NCBI RefSeq assembly: GCF_006345805.1
Contig: NC_043005.1
Location: forward strand, 97,898,001-97,962,000
DNA length: 64,000 nucleotides
Direction of reading: 5' to 3'
From: Octopus sinensis
Lineage: Eukaryota
The notes under the pieces were generated by a model. That model made no database searches, was not told the DNA's origin, and saw nothing but the letters and a program-made list of their open reading frames with translations. The position numbers and the translations under genes were made by a program. Position 1 is the first letter of the stretch. Every line of letters begins with the position of its first letter. Shown here one piece after another: positions 25,660 through 38,170 of the stretch.

Positions 25660-26200
25660 ACTGGAAAAAATGCTGTGTGGTATTTGTTCTGCTATTTTGT
25701 TTACTGAGTTCAAATACAGCTGGGGTCAACTTTGCCCTTCATCTGTTTAGTATCTATGAAATAAGTACCAGTTAAGGGTAGGGGTTGATATAATTGGTTA
25801 ATAACCCCTTCTCCACAAAATTTCAGTCCTTTAGCTGCCAGAATTGTTAAAACACTGGGCAAAATGCTTAGCAGTGTTTCACCCATCTTTATGTTCTGAG
25901 TTTAAATGTTGTTGAGGTTAATTTTGCCTTTCATCCTTTCACAGTTGATAAAATAAATACCAGTTGAGTACTGGGGGTTAATGCATTTGACTTACCCACT
26001 CCTCTGAAATTACTAATCTTGTGCCAAAATTTGAAGCTGGCAGAATCACTAGCATGTCAGACAGAATGTTTAGCAACATTTATTCTGACTTTGCTTTTCA
26101 TTGTTTCAGGGTTGATAAAATAAATACCAGTTCTGTACTGAGGGTTAATGTAATTGACTTGCCCTTTCCTGTTAAAATCACTAGTCTTGTGTCAAAATTG
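25660..26200 (+). mobile_element. cluster of three degraded SINE type A copies
   Basis: The tttgcc.ttcat..tttc..ggttgataaaataa.tacc core recurs near 25730, 25925 and 26090. Confidence 0.75.
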
Positions 26201-26204
26201 GAAA

Positions 26205-26300
26205 ATTATTATTACTATTATTATCATTATCATTATATTATTAATTTTATTACTATTATTATTATTATATTATTATTATTATTACTACTACTACTACTAC

Positions 26301-26346
<46 letters not shown>

Positions 26347-26360
26347 TATTATTATTATTA
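26205..26360. repeat. (ATT)n/(ACT)n microsatellite
   Basis: Direct reading of the sequence. Confidence 0.96.
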
Positions 26361-26620
26361 GGCACATGGCCTAGTGGTTAGGCTGTTGCACTTATGATCG
26401 CTAGTTCATGGGTTTGATTCCCAGACTGGGTGGTGCGATGTGTTCTTGAGCAAAACACATCCTTTCATGTTGCTCTGGTCCCCTTTTGATCAAGTGGAAG
26501 TCTTGACCTGCTCACCCTAGCCAGCAAGGTGGCATCATTTGATGGCCAAAACAATGCAAAGTGCATTGTGACTAGCAATGTGTAACAGCATCTGATAGTC
26601 TGGTCAGTCAGGTGATCATG
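26361..26620 (+). mobile_element. tRNA-derived SINE, type C
   Basis: atggcctagtggttag A-box, gggtttgattccc B-box; body shares gtggcatcatttga.ggc.aaaacaatgc with the 35 kb copies. Confidence 0.75.
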
Positions 26621-26647
26621 TGATTATTATTATTATCATTTTTAATA

Positions 26648-26679
<32 letters not shown>

Positions 26680-26704
26680 TATTATTATTATTATTATTAT
26701 TATT

Positions 26705-27000
26705 GTGAGGGTGCATGGCCTAGTGGTTACAGTGTTGCACTCACGATCTAGTGATCATGATTTCAGTTCCAAGACTGGGTGGTGCAATGTATTTTGAGCG
26801 AGACACTTCACCTCACGTTGTTCTGTGATCACTTCCACACCTGACATGTGGTACACCCTACACCTGTTCAGACAATGTCAATTTGGTGGAAAGAGTGAGC
26901 TAATGTGTGGAATCTGATCATTATAACCAAATCCCTTATGCAGGTTGGTCTGCAAAAGCTGAACGCTCATGCGTTGTCTTCAACAGGGGAGTCCATCATC
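26705..27000 (+). mobile_element. tRNA-derived SINE, type C-like head with a different tail
   Basis: gcatggcctagtggtt head, ttgagcgagacacttca. Confidence 0.65.
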
Positions 27001-27039
27001 GTTATTATTATCATTATTGTTAAGGCAGTGAGCATGTAT

Positions 27040-27075
<36 letters not shown>

Positions 27076-27304
27076 AACTTACTTGGAAATGGATGTGTGG
27101 CGTTCAATCAAATAAATAATATAAATAACAAATATATATATACATATATGCATATATACATATATATATATGCATATATGGGTACAGGACGTCACAAACA
27201 GTAAACAACATGAAATATGAAAACAAATGAGTTGAATATGCAAATGATGAGAGTAACAAATGGAAAACAAGACAAATGACAAAATATATCTACATTTATG
27301 TATG

Positions 27305-27530
27305 TATCTGAGTGAGTGTCTTTGTGTTTGTGTTTGTCCCCCATCACCGTTTGACAAATATTGGTGTGTATATGTTCCAATAACTTAGCAGTTTGTCAAA
27401 AGAGACTGATAGAATAAGTACTAGGCTTAAGAAATAAGTCCTGGGTTCAAACTGTTCAACTAAAACCCTTCAAGGCACTGCTCCAGCGTGGCTGTAGTCA
27501 ATCGACTGAATTAAGTAAAATAATAAAAGA
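27305..27530 (+). mobile_element. SINE type B, 3' half
   Basis: tgtttgtccccc..caccgcttgacaa...aagagactgatagaataagtact. Confidence 0.8.
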
Positions 27531-27869
27531 ATATAGAGAGTAATAAGCAGAAAGCAAATGTAGTCTTCAAAGTTTCAAAGACATATACATGTTTCAGTGA
27601 AAAAAAAAAACATTATGCGATTGTGCATTTCACTTCATCAGTGTCTTACAATAAATATTTTTCATGGAACAATAATGAGGATAAATGCTTGATTGCATAA
27701 TATTTCTACTAGTGCTATGTAATTATTTTGATATTTTGCTGAAATGTGTGTATGTCCTATTGCATTTAAATACTACATCTGTTTTCTGCTTGTTAATTTT
27801 TCTATAATCTGGCTTGTATTCTGCACTCTAGCCTATCCTGAGTTTGGTACCTCATGTTGGATACTTTAA

Positions 27870-28089
27870 CCATTTCATTACCAGCCCAGCTGAAACCGGC
27901 TCTGGCTCTGTATACATATGTCTTGTTTTTATAAGTTTTGAATTAAAATCTTCCACCAAACCTTAGTCACAATTTATGTTCCTAACACTAGCTTAATGTT
28001 AACTAAGTTATTTTACTAAATTCTTTGTTATATTTAAAGTAATTGAAAGAAAAACAGAGTATCTCAAAATAAATATAGTAACGAAAGGG
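27870..28089. mobile_element. piggyBac-type MITE
   Basis: TTAA flanks (27866-27869, 28090-28093); termini ccatttcattac / gtaacgaaaggg. Confidence 0.75.
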
Positions 28090-28161
28090 TTAATGGAGTG
28101 TGGAATCCACCACTGGGTCTGATTTTGTTTGTGTGTCACACTTTAATGTGCCTTCACTTAC

Positions 28162-28226
<65 letters not shown>

Positions 28227-28869
28227 TATACATATGCACATAGACAAATAAATATATATCTTGAAATATGTGCATATATACACCCATGCCACATGCACAC
28301 ATATGCACACATGCAACCATATGCATATATATGCTCACACACATACATATACTCGTGCACACACACACAAACACACATGCATACACACAAACATATTTTA
28401 TGTGTTTAAGTATATTTGCATCCTATTTCTGTTCTGAAATTCACTGCTTCAGGTATTTCTGATGCTAAAAAAATAAATTTAAAAAACAAAACAAAACGAA
28501 CATATCTTATTTTTGCTTTGAGCTTAAAGTTCCAAAATAGATGCTGGGAACTAAGCAAATGTTTTCTCTATGTTAAGCGTAAAGAAACACTGACTACAGC
28601 AGTTCTTTACAGGTATTCCAAATCTGAAAATTACCGAAGCTTAAAGATAAACAAAGTTTAAATAGATTACAAAGAAGTCAGTGACTTGTTTATGAAGAAT
28701 TTGTCAATGAATTTTTTATAAAGAATTTGAGGAGCGTCAGTTTGTCAATATGGAACTGAAACTGAAACTAATAATGGTTTCTAGTTTCAGAGCAAGGCCA
28801 ACAATTTTGAGGGGAGGGGCTTAGTTGATTACATTGATCTCAGTATATGACTGGCATTATATTTTATTG

Positions 28870-28990
28870 ATTCTCATCTTTGTCCTCATCTTGTTTGTTG
28901 TTAACACAACGTTTTGGCTTATTTACCCTCCAGCCTTCATCAGGTAGGTGTCTTGGGGAAATTTTGAACCTGGGTTCTCATTCCTAGGGG
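28870..28990 (-). mobile_element. HHR-bearing repeat, truncated copy of the 37216-37526 element
   Basis: About 120 bp aligning to 37280-37395. Confidence 0.85.
28903..28952 (-). ncRNA. hammerhead ribozyme motif, degenerate copy
   Basis: Minus strand gacac[ctac]CTGATGA-aggctggagggtaaataagcc-aAAAC-GTT-gtgtt; GAAA is mutated to AAAA. Confidence 0.5.
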
Positions 28991-29024
28991 GTTCTTTTTT
29001 TTTGATGTTGTTATTATTATTATC

Positions 29025-29225
29025 CCATGCCGGTGGCACATAAAAAGCACCCACTACACTCTCAGAGTGGTTGGCATTAGGAAGGGCATCCAGCTGTAGA
29101 AACTCTGCCAGATCAAGATTGGAGCCTGGTGCAGCCATCTGGTTCACCAGCCCTCAGTCAAAATCGTCCAACCCATGCTAGCATGGAAAGTGGACGTTAA
29201 ACGATGATGATGATGATGATGATAA
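29025..29225 (+). mobile_element. RTE 3'-terminal fragment
   Basis: RTE terminus motif and (gat)n. Confidence 0.9.
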
Positions 29226-29294
29226 TGATTCTGAAAGGATGAAAAGTAAAGTAGATTTCTGCAGGATGTAATCCAGAATGTCAAGTTGCAGGTG

Positions 29295-29710
29295 TGGCTG
29301 TGAGGTAAGAAGTTTGCTTTCCAACCACATGGTTCCAGGTTCAATCCCACCTTGGATAAATACCTTTTACTATAGCTCCAGGCTGACCAAAGCCTTGAGA
29401 GTGAATTTGGTAGATAGAAAGTGAAGGAAGGATGCTGCATGTATGTATGTGTGTGTGAGCTTGTGTCCCCTTGTCTTGACATTGTGTGATAGGTGTAAAT
29501 GAGTGTCACTGACATACCAGCGGTGTCCTTCATTTCCAATATTCTGCAAAAACATGCCTGGGCAGGAGGGAATATTACCTTGCTTGGAAACAGGTGAGGG
29601 TTAGCAACAAGAAGGGCGCCTGGCTGTAGAAAATCTGCTTCAATAAACTCCGTCCAACCCACATAAGTATGGAAAAATGACATTAAATGATGATGAAGAT
29701 GATGATGACA
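29295..29710 (+). mobile_element. SINE type B head joined to an RTE-like 3' end
   Basis: gcaggtgtggctgtgaggtaagaagtttgc head; ends aagggc..ctggctgtagaaaatc...ccaaccca...(gat)n. Confidence 0.7.
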
Positions 29711-30954
29711 ATGTAAAGAATCAGAACAATACCACAAGGCCTTTTGTATGATACTCAATTCACTGCTATTGACAACACAAGGCCAGCAATTTCGAGGAGA
29801 GGTGAAGTATTGTTAAAAACTTGCTCACTTTCATTGAAGTTCACTACATCAGTCATAACCAATCATCCAATTCTGATTGGTCGAGCGATATTTGCCTCGG
29901 CATTAATGCCTTTTATGGTGATGTAGTGGACCATAGTCTTCAGCTGGGAAAATCAGAGAACAATAAATGAAAACTCAATAGGAACTACACCACAGTGTTC
30001 TTTTGTACATTATTCTAATAATCATACTAGAGTACCTTTCAAATTAATAATTATAATAAATGGTTTCTGAAGAAGATACACAAAGTCACAAATTTGTGCC
30101 CAGTAAAAGGTGCTGAGACAAAAGGTATGAGACTAATGATGTAAAACAAGAAAACCTTGTTGCTACTTTTGTTTGAGTAAAGCTCACCTAAAAGCCCTCA
30201 AAAAACCGGAAATATTAAGTGAAAATGAGGAACATAGAAATAACAAAGAATAGCAGCAAAAAGAACAAAAGACTCCCAGATACCAGAGCACCCTGGCCAA
30301 TACTCTGGGGATAGCAAAGGAAATGTCATTATGTCCAGTATCTTAAATAGGTTAGCAAGTGCCTCATTCCTTTAGAGTGCAAGCTCTAGGACCCTACCTT
30401 TATCATGTGAAGGGGAAGAAGTAATAATTACAGAGGGACATTTCTGTCAGTGGACATACAAAAAGAAAAAGGAGGGAAGGAAAAAAACATAGAAGAAGGA
30501 AGACTTTATATAAAACTATGGAAGCAGAAGAGGAACAATTTCCTCTAAATAAAAACCGACACCTTAGGAGAATAAGGAAGAAAATGAAAAGAATGAATAT
30601 GAATAAAGCTTTGTCATTCTTCAAAAATCAAACAGACAGTTTATAGACAACAAAAACATTTGTGGTGCCACGGATTTTCTGAAGAAATTAGAAAGAGACA
30701 CAAAAACAGTTAAATCCAGAATATATGCAACGGTGAAAAATACAGATTACTAGTGGTGTTATATGTATGTATGTGTATGCATGTGTCCAGACATGTGTGT
30801 TTGTGTGTGTGTATGTGTGTGTGTAGTCTGTCATATATTGCATAACATCTTTCACTTCTCTTTTCGTGTTTATGTCTTCTGTTTATTTGTAACCCTTTGA
30901 GAAAGTGTCATACTTTTTGTAGCTCTTCGATCTCTTGTGGCTTTCAAAGAAAAG

Positions 30955-30988
<34 letters not shown>

Positions 30989-31964
30989 CGATCATTATTA
31001 TTATTATTACTATTATTATTGCTACACTTGTCATACTGTTCTCACCTCCAGTATCCCAAAGATAGTGGAAATAGTCATGAATAATCACTTCTATTACTTT
31101 GAATCTGTGTATATATAATATAAATACACACACTGTCTCTCTCTTCCCTCTTACACAGACATACTCACACACACACACACACAAAATAATGTCCAAATAT
31201 ATACATCCATGTGATTACTACTTTATCAAGTCAAATGATAGCGATCCCATTATTCATGGCTCAGTCAAAATCCATTCACTGTCACACTCTTGTGTGTTCC
31301 AAGGTGAATCTTAAGACCAGGTTTGAAACAAAACATATTTGATAGACAAAACTCAGCACCCCTAAAGGATTGATTGTTGGTCAATGGAATGGCATAATTT
31401 TATTAAAAAAAAAAAGAAACTGAACAAGATGAGGTGATGAGACACGTGTATATCATTTGGCTATCGGGATATACTGTATGCTACTATCTACAAGGACATT
31501 TATACCACACTTTAAGTATCCACTTAAATATCTGGTGACAAACTAGAGCAAGACCAAATGATTGGTAAATATGTCAGCCACAGGTTTAATCTGAGAGGGT
31601 CTTCTCCAAGACTTTTCTAATAAAAGGATATCCACAAACTAGTAGAATTTGATTTGAAAGTTCTTTCTCCAACTAGTTTTACTATATGCCCACAAATAAA
31701 CCTGCATTTCTGTAACCATGAATACTGGACTATATTTTGGATGGTATTAGCTGCACTACAGTTTCAGCTGCACATATTCAGAGAAAAATGCTTTTAGTGC
31801 ATAAAAGCATGTAATAGAGACTGAATTCCTCATATACGGCCCAGAGAGATGTTTTGAAACATATTTTTTGTAGAAAAAGAGCTTCTTCATATGATCAAAT
31901 ATGATACATATATACACCCCTCACCCCACCATATATATATATATATTTATATATATATTCCATC

Positions 31965-32165
31965 ATCATCATCATCATCATCTTTATCTTTTAAAATCCA
32001 TTTGCTATAGTGGAATGGGCTGGACAATTTTGCTGGATTCAACAGGTCAGAGGACTGCATCATTCTCCAATGCCTGCTTTAGCATGGTTTCAATGACTGG
32101 ATGTCCTTTCTAATACCAACCATTTTACAGAGTGTACTGCATGTCTTTTTCATGGTACTAGCACT
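31965..32165 (-). mobile_element. degraded RTE 3'-terminal fragment
   Basis: (cat)n followed by ggatgtcctttctaataccaaccatttt. Confidence 0.7.
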
Positions 32166-32339
32166 TGAGAATTTGCAGGGAGCAAAATTTATTCTAGTTA
32201 ATAAAAAGCTTGAGTACAAAGGGGCCATACTGGGATGCTGCCTTGAAGAGTTTGGTCAATCAGTTAGGATAATACTTATTTCTTGTGAAGTCCCAGTCAA
32301 AACAAACTGTACAATATATACATACATGAAAATGATGCT

Positions 32340-32960
32340 GTCCACTCATAACTGAGAAAGATCATCATTGACTGCTGCCCGTGCAAATGCCAGCAATACC
32401 CATGCATGAGATTATTGCACCAACAGTTGGGTTCACCCAAGTTCACATCCATAGCTTCCATGCTCATTATGGCACCCTCTTACATGACAGGGCACCAATA
32501 TGCCAGCGATTGCACAACCTAAAGTTTAAGGTCCAATAAGGCTTCTACAGTACTTCACAGATCTTGTCCACCCTACTGACATGATCCATTGACAAGTCAG
32601 AGCAAGATATCCAGCACCAATATTGGTTGCAGGCTCTGGGATATGGGAGCACCATGATGTCAAGTGCAAACAAAAGATACACAAAACGTTCAATGCCATT
32701 CCCTACATATCAGATTTTATATCAGTGACCTTCTCCTGGAGACATGCTTTATCAAAAGCTAAGAGGTGTTTCTCTCCCAGTGGTCTTCCAGTATATCAGA
32801 TACCAGTCTGGAATTTCTGAGGGTCCATGCTGTTTCTAGATAATTGTTGAACCTGCTCTAGGTTCATCTGTCCTTTTGGTAGGTCATATTTTAAAACTTG
32901 CTGGGATTCTAGCAATGCTTCTCACCAGGCAAACCTAGTACAGGGTGCCAGTTTAGTTGC
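32340..32960 (-). repeat. old unclassified interspersed repeat, homologous to 42560-43150
   Basis: Colinear similarity, e.g. gccttattggacct, ctgttggtgcaataa, gatgatctttctcagtta. Confidence 0.7.
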
Positions 32961-33549
32961 TGATGACCCAACCATGCAGCAGGTTGTACTGGATTCCATG
33001 TTGCAAGCTGTACTCATGAGAGACCTCACAAGTGACCTGTCATATGTATGTATGTATGTACCTACCTACATACACACGTACATATATACATACATACACT
33101 CATACATACATACATACATACATACATTCATAAAATACATACATACATACATACACATACATATATACATACATACATAATTCATATATGCATACATACA
33201 TACATACATACATACATACATGGTGGCTGCCCCCTCGTTATCAAGTATGGCCGTTGCACGAAGCTTAATCAATGTTGTTATCGTGCAATGCCTGTGCAAG
33301 AAGATTTTTTTTTTAAGTGAGGAAAGGATGTGCACTGAGTCAATCCCACTCACTAAGCAACAGCAGCCATAATCCCAAAAGAAGAACAAGTGTGCATCAT
33401 CGGTAACCACTGAGCCACAGGTTTTATGTTAGAGTTATCCTAGTTACCTGAGCTACCTTCTCCTAGAAGGATGCCCTAACAAAGGCTAGGAGTCCTTCAC
33501 TCCCAATGGTTTAACCACGCGATCGGGTATTCAGTCCGATTATTTCCAT

Positions 33550-33620
33550 GTCCCCGTGTCACCACCACCACCACCACCACCACCATCACCATCACCATCA
33601 CCATCACCACCACCACCACC

Positions 33621-33652
<32 letters not shown>

Positions 33653-34850
33653 CAACAATACCATCCACCACCACCACAATTAACGCCACCAACACCACCA
33701 CTCCTATCATCATCATCACTACCATTATGACATCATCATCATCACTATCACAAGCATTAGCTCTGCAACCACCATCACCATTACTAACAACATCACCATC
33801 ACTATTAGCATGGCCATCACTACTGCTACCAGCATGGCACCACCACCACCACCACCACCATCACCACCATCACACCCACCATCATTTCTTCTCTCATTTA
33901 TGATACCATTGCCGTCACAAAAAACACCACCACCGCCACCACCACCACTACCACCACCTACACAATACTCACAAGCACTATCACAACACTACCTGCCACC
34001 ACCACTACCACCACCACCACCACCACTTGACTGCTACTCCTCACCGCTGCTGCTGCTGCTGCTGCTGCTGTTGCTACATCTGTTGTCCATTGCGATTATA
34101 AATGATACAGTCGCAGCTTCTACTAATGCAACTGATGATGACGATTACAATGATGGTGATGACGATGATGATGGCAACGATGACAATGATGACAACGATG
34201 ACGACATTGCTTCTGCTGCTACTGAAAATGATGATGATGATGGTGATGGTGATCATGATGATGATGATGATGATGATGACAATGATGTTGTTGCTGTTGC
34301 GGCTGCTGATGATGTGAATGGTGATGATGAAGATGCTGATGACAATGATGATGTTGATGCTGACGATGATTATGATGATGATAATGATGATGATGACGAT
34401 GACGACAACGATACTGCTGCTGCTGCTGCAACTGATGATGATGATGATGAGGAAGATGATAGTGAGGATGACGACAACGATGGTTTTGATGATGACAATA
34501 AAACGATGATGATGATGATGATGATGGTGGTGATGATGAAGATAATGATTATTATGATGATGATGATGAAGATGATGATGATGATGAAGATGATGATTAT
34601 TATGATGATGATGATGATGATGATGACGATGATTATGATGATGATGATGGTGGTGGTGGTGATGATGATGATGTTGATGATGACGACGGTGATGATGATG
34701 ATGATGATGATAATGGTGATGCTGCTGTTGTTGCAGCTAAACATTCTGCTACTAGTGCAGTTGCTCTTACTGTTGCTGCTGTTGCTAGTGCTACTGCTAC
34801 AACAGCAGCAGTTGTTTGGGGTGTGTTGGTCATGCCAACGATAGTGGTGA
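33550..34850. repeat. 1.3-kb trinucleotide block (CAC/CCA)n, (CTG)n, (GAT)n
   Basis: Direct reading of the sequence. Confidence 0.95.
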
Positions 34851-34967
34851 TGACAGAAGGGTTTCGTTTAACCCCCCCCAGGTCAGCTTTAACTGAGCAG
34901 ATCTCTCCTTAAAAAGAACCATCCCTTCTGTTTCCATCTGTGGCCATACCATCTTTATATATACACA

Positions 34968-35036
<69 letters not shown>

Positions 35037-35049
35037 GATATATATATAT

Positions 35050-35359
35050 ATCACCGTGATCACCGTGACTGACCAGGCTATAGATGTTGCTACACATCGC
35101 TGGTCACAATGCGCTTCGCATTGTTCTAGCCTTCAAATGACGCCACCCCACTGGCTAAGCGAGCAGGCCGACAGAAGAAAGAGTGAGAGAAAGTTGCGGC
35201 GAAAGAGTACAGCAGGGATTGCCACCACCCCCTGCCGGAGCCTAGTGGAGCTTTAGGTGTTTTCGCTCAATAACACACGCAATGCCCCGTCTGGGAATCG
35301 AAAACACGATCCTACACCGCGAGTCCACTGCCCTAACCACTAGGCCATTGCGCCTCCAC
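35050..35359 (-). mobile_element. tRNA-derived SINE, type C, CpG-rich copy
   Basis: Minus strand gtggaggcgcaatggcctagtggttagggcag...ttcgattcccag. Confidence 0.9.
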
Positions 35360-35387
35360 ACACACACATATATATATATATGTAGTA

Positions 35388-35442
<55 letters not shown>

Positions 35443-35569
35443 TATATACATATACATATATATATAGATACACATATACATATACATATACATATTATAG
35501 ATACATACATATATACATACACATACACACACATACACATACACACACACATACACATACACACACAAT

Positions 35570-35600
<31 letters not shown>

Positions 35601-35911
35601 ATCACGTGATCACCGTGACTGACCAGGTATCAGATGTTGCTACACATCGCTGGTCACAATGCGCTTCGCATTGTTCTAGCCTTCAAATGACGCCACCCCA
35701 CTGGCTAAGCGAGCAGGCCGACAGAAGAAAGAGTGAGAGAAAGTTGCGGCGAAAGAGTACAGCAGGGATTGCCACCACCCCCTGCCGGAGCCTCGTGGAG
35801 CTTTAGGTGTTTTCGCTCAATAAACACACGCAATGCCCCGTCTGGGAATCGAAACCACGATCCTACAACCGCGAGTCCACTGCCCTAACCACTAGGCCAT
35901 TGCGCCTCCAC
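35601..35911 (-). mobile_element. tRNA-derived SINE, type C, near-identical tandem copy
   Basis: Nearly identical to 35050-35359. Confidence 0.9.
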
Positions 35912-35917
35912 ACACAC

Positions 35918-35970
<53 letters not shown>

Positions 35971-36709
35971 ATATATATATACACATATATTATACATATA
36001 CATATATATATAGATACACATATACATATACATATACATATATATAGATACATACATATATACATACACATACACACACATACACATACACACACACATA
36101 CACATACACACACACATACACACACACATACATATATATATATCTAGGAATATATTAACCAATGTGTCTGTGATTTTTATTTTTAGGACAGCAGGTTGTG
36201 ATTTGAAGGAATTTAGCTGTTATTTCTTGAAGGTTGAGCAACCACGTAGAGGCTCCTTTGTTGATAATGATGGTAGTTGTACACTGATCATTGCAGTGGT
36301 GATAGTGCTGGTGGTGTTGGGGGTGTTGGGGGTGGCGGTGGTGGTGGTGGTGGTAGTGGTTGTGGTGGTTGTGATAGTGGTGGTGGTGGTGGAAATGGCA
36401 ATGTTGTCAGCAGAGGTAGTGATGGTATTGATGGTCGGTGATACTTTTGTTGTTATTGTTATTGGTTAGTCAAAGTTATCTCTGACAGAGCAAACCTATA
36501 ATCATATACCAGCCGTGACCATCCTGTGTTCTTAGTGGCATATAGTACTACTTTAACCGATACATCATTTTCATATCCCAAGGAACAGTGTGTGAGTGGG
36601 AGAGATTTGGCTGGTGTTTCTAGCAGATCTATTAACCACACAAAAACTCCTAGTGTTGATGTAGTTGCTGTGTTGCGTGTGATGGGGCTGTTGTTGGTGT
36701 AGTTGATAA

Positions 36710-36829
36710 TAACAATGATGATGATGATGATGATGATGATGAGCATGATGAGCATGATGATGTTGATGATGTTAGTAATGGTGATGATGATGATGATGAT
36801 AATGATGATGATGATACGACGACGACGGC

Positions 36830-36863
<34 letters not shown>

Positions 36864-36920
36864 GTGACAATGATGATGATGACGATGAGGATAATGATGA
36901 CGATGATGACGATGATGATG
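36710..36920. repeat. (GAT)n microsatellite
   Basis: Direct reading of the sequence. Confidence 0.95.
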
Positions 36921-37032
36921 TCCGTGCCATTAATTCTGTTGCAAATTCTGCTGTTGCTGCTAATGTAATTTGCTACAGCTTTTGGGTTTTTTCTCTTTTA
37001 TTTCTTAGTCAGGAGGGAAGGGTAGAACCTAC

Positions 37033-37113
37033 CTTCAGTATTGGTGACAAGGTAGCATGAGGTCTCCTGAAAGCAGGGACTTGACCAGAATGCTTACAAC
37101 TAAGTGGATTCCA
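37033..37113 (-). CDS. candidate internal exon (WNPLSCKHSGQVPAFRRPHATLSPILK), unidentified
   Basis: tacttttag| acceptor, aag|gtaggt donor, 81 nt, phase 0-0. The W...PxxRxxH spacing is only weakly kelch-like. Confidence 0.25.
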
Positions 37114-37215
37114 CTAAAAGTACTCAAGGACCAGGTGATGCTGTTAAACCAGGTGACACAACAGGCTTTACTAAAAATTTCAAAAACATCTTGGGGTCGG
37201 TACCGATTAGATAAT

Positions 37216-37402
37216 ACAGTTCTATATTTAAGAGATGAGGAATTATTTACATTATTTACATTATTTACATTTGACGGATATTTGTCCTCATCTTGTTTGT
37301 TGTCAACATAACATTTCGGCTGATATACCCTCCAGCCTTCATCAGGTGTCTTCGGGAAATTTTGAGCCTGGTTTCTCATTCCTAAGATATTTTTCGATGT
37401 TG

Positions 37403-37439
<37 letters not shown>

Positions 37440-37443
37440 ATTA

Positions 37444-37481
<38 letters not shown>

Positions 37482-37600
37482 TTATTATTATTATTATTCA
37501 ACCCGCGCTCTTAACCACTATGCCATATGGTGTAGTAGTTAAGAGCATGGGCTACTAACCCCAAGATTCCTAGTTCGATTCCAGGCAGTGACCTGAATAA
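37216..37600 (-). mobile_element. tRNA-headed, hammerhead-bearing SINE-like element with an inverted head duplication
   Basis: Minus strand: partial tRNA head (37526-37502), (AAT)n linker, HHR module, (TGTAAATAA)x3. A complete head lies on the plus strand at 37527-37600. Confidence 0.7.
37305..37350 (-). ncRNA. minimal hammerhead ribozyme motif, type I
   Basis: Minus strand GACAC-CTGATGA-a-GGCTG gagggtatat CAGCC-GAAAt-GTT-aTGTT. Confidence 0.7.
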
Positions 37601-37859
37601 TCATGGGATGTTTCCTACATCAGCTCTTCTAAATTCACATCAGCCCAATATTTTATAACTCTTTCATTTGCTTCCATCACTGACGTTGTGTACTGGATAC
37701 ACACAACAGACACACACACAGAAATACACATGCACACACAGAGATGCAGGCATGCACACACACACACACACACATTTAGTGTGGTCAAGAAGCTTACTTC
37801 CCATTAATGTGGTCTTAGGCTCAATCCCATCATATTGCAACCATTCCTAATTTCAATAC

Positions 37860-37881
37860 ATACATACATACATACTATTAT

Positions 37882-37929
<48 letters not shown>

Positions 37930-37945
37930 ATATATTATATATATA

Positions 37946-37976
<31 letters not shown>

Positions 37977-38170
37977 ATTATATATGTATTATATATATAT
38001 ATATGTATATATATATGTATATATATATATGTATATATATATGTATATATATATATATGTATATATATATGTATATATATATATCTATATATATGTATAT
38101 ATATATGTTATATATATGTATATATATATATATATCATATTATTATATATATATATATATATATATATAA
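37860..38170. repeat. (TA)n microsatellite
   Basis: Direct reading of the sequence. Confidence 0.97.

Noticed and set aside
29845-29900. ccaatc...ctgattgg inverted CCAAT motif
   Set aside because: An isolated short palindrome with no element boundaries or promoter context.
33810-34844. 344-aa ORF with poly-Pro, poly-Asp and poly-Met runs
   Set aside because: It lies entirely in (CCA)n/(GAT)n/(CTG)n repeats that lack stops in several frames; no domain or splice evidence.
37527-37600. Possible tRNA gene
   Set aside because: A and B boxes are present, but acceptor-stem pairing is not evident and it joins a repeat body; treated as a SINE head. The same applies to the 35 kb and 26 kb heads.
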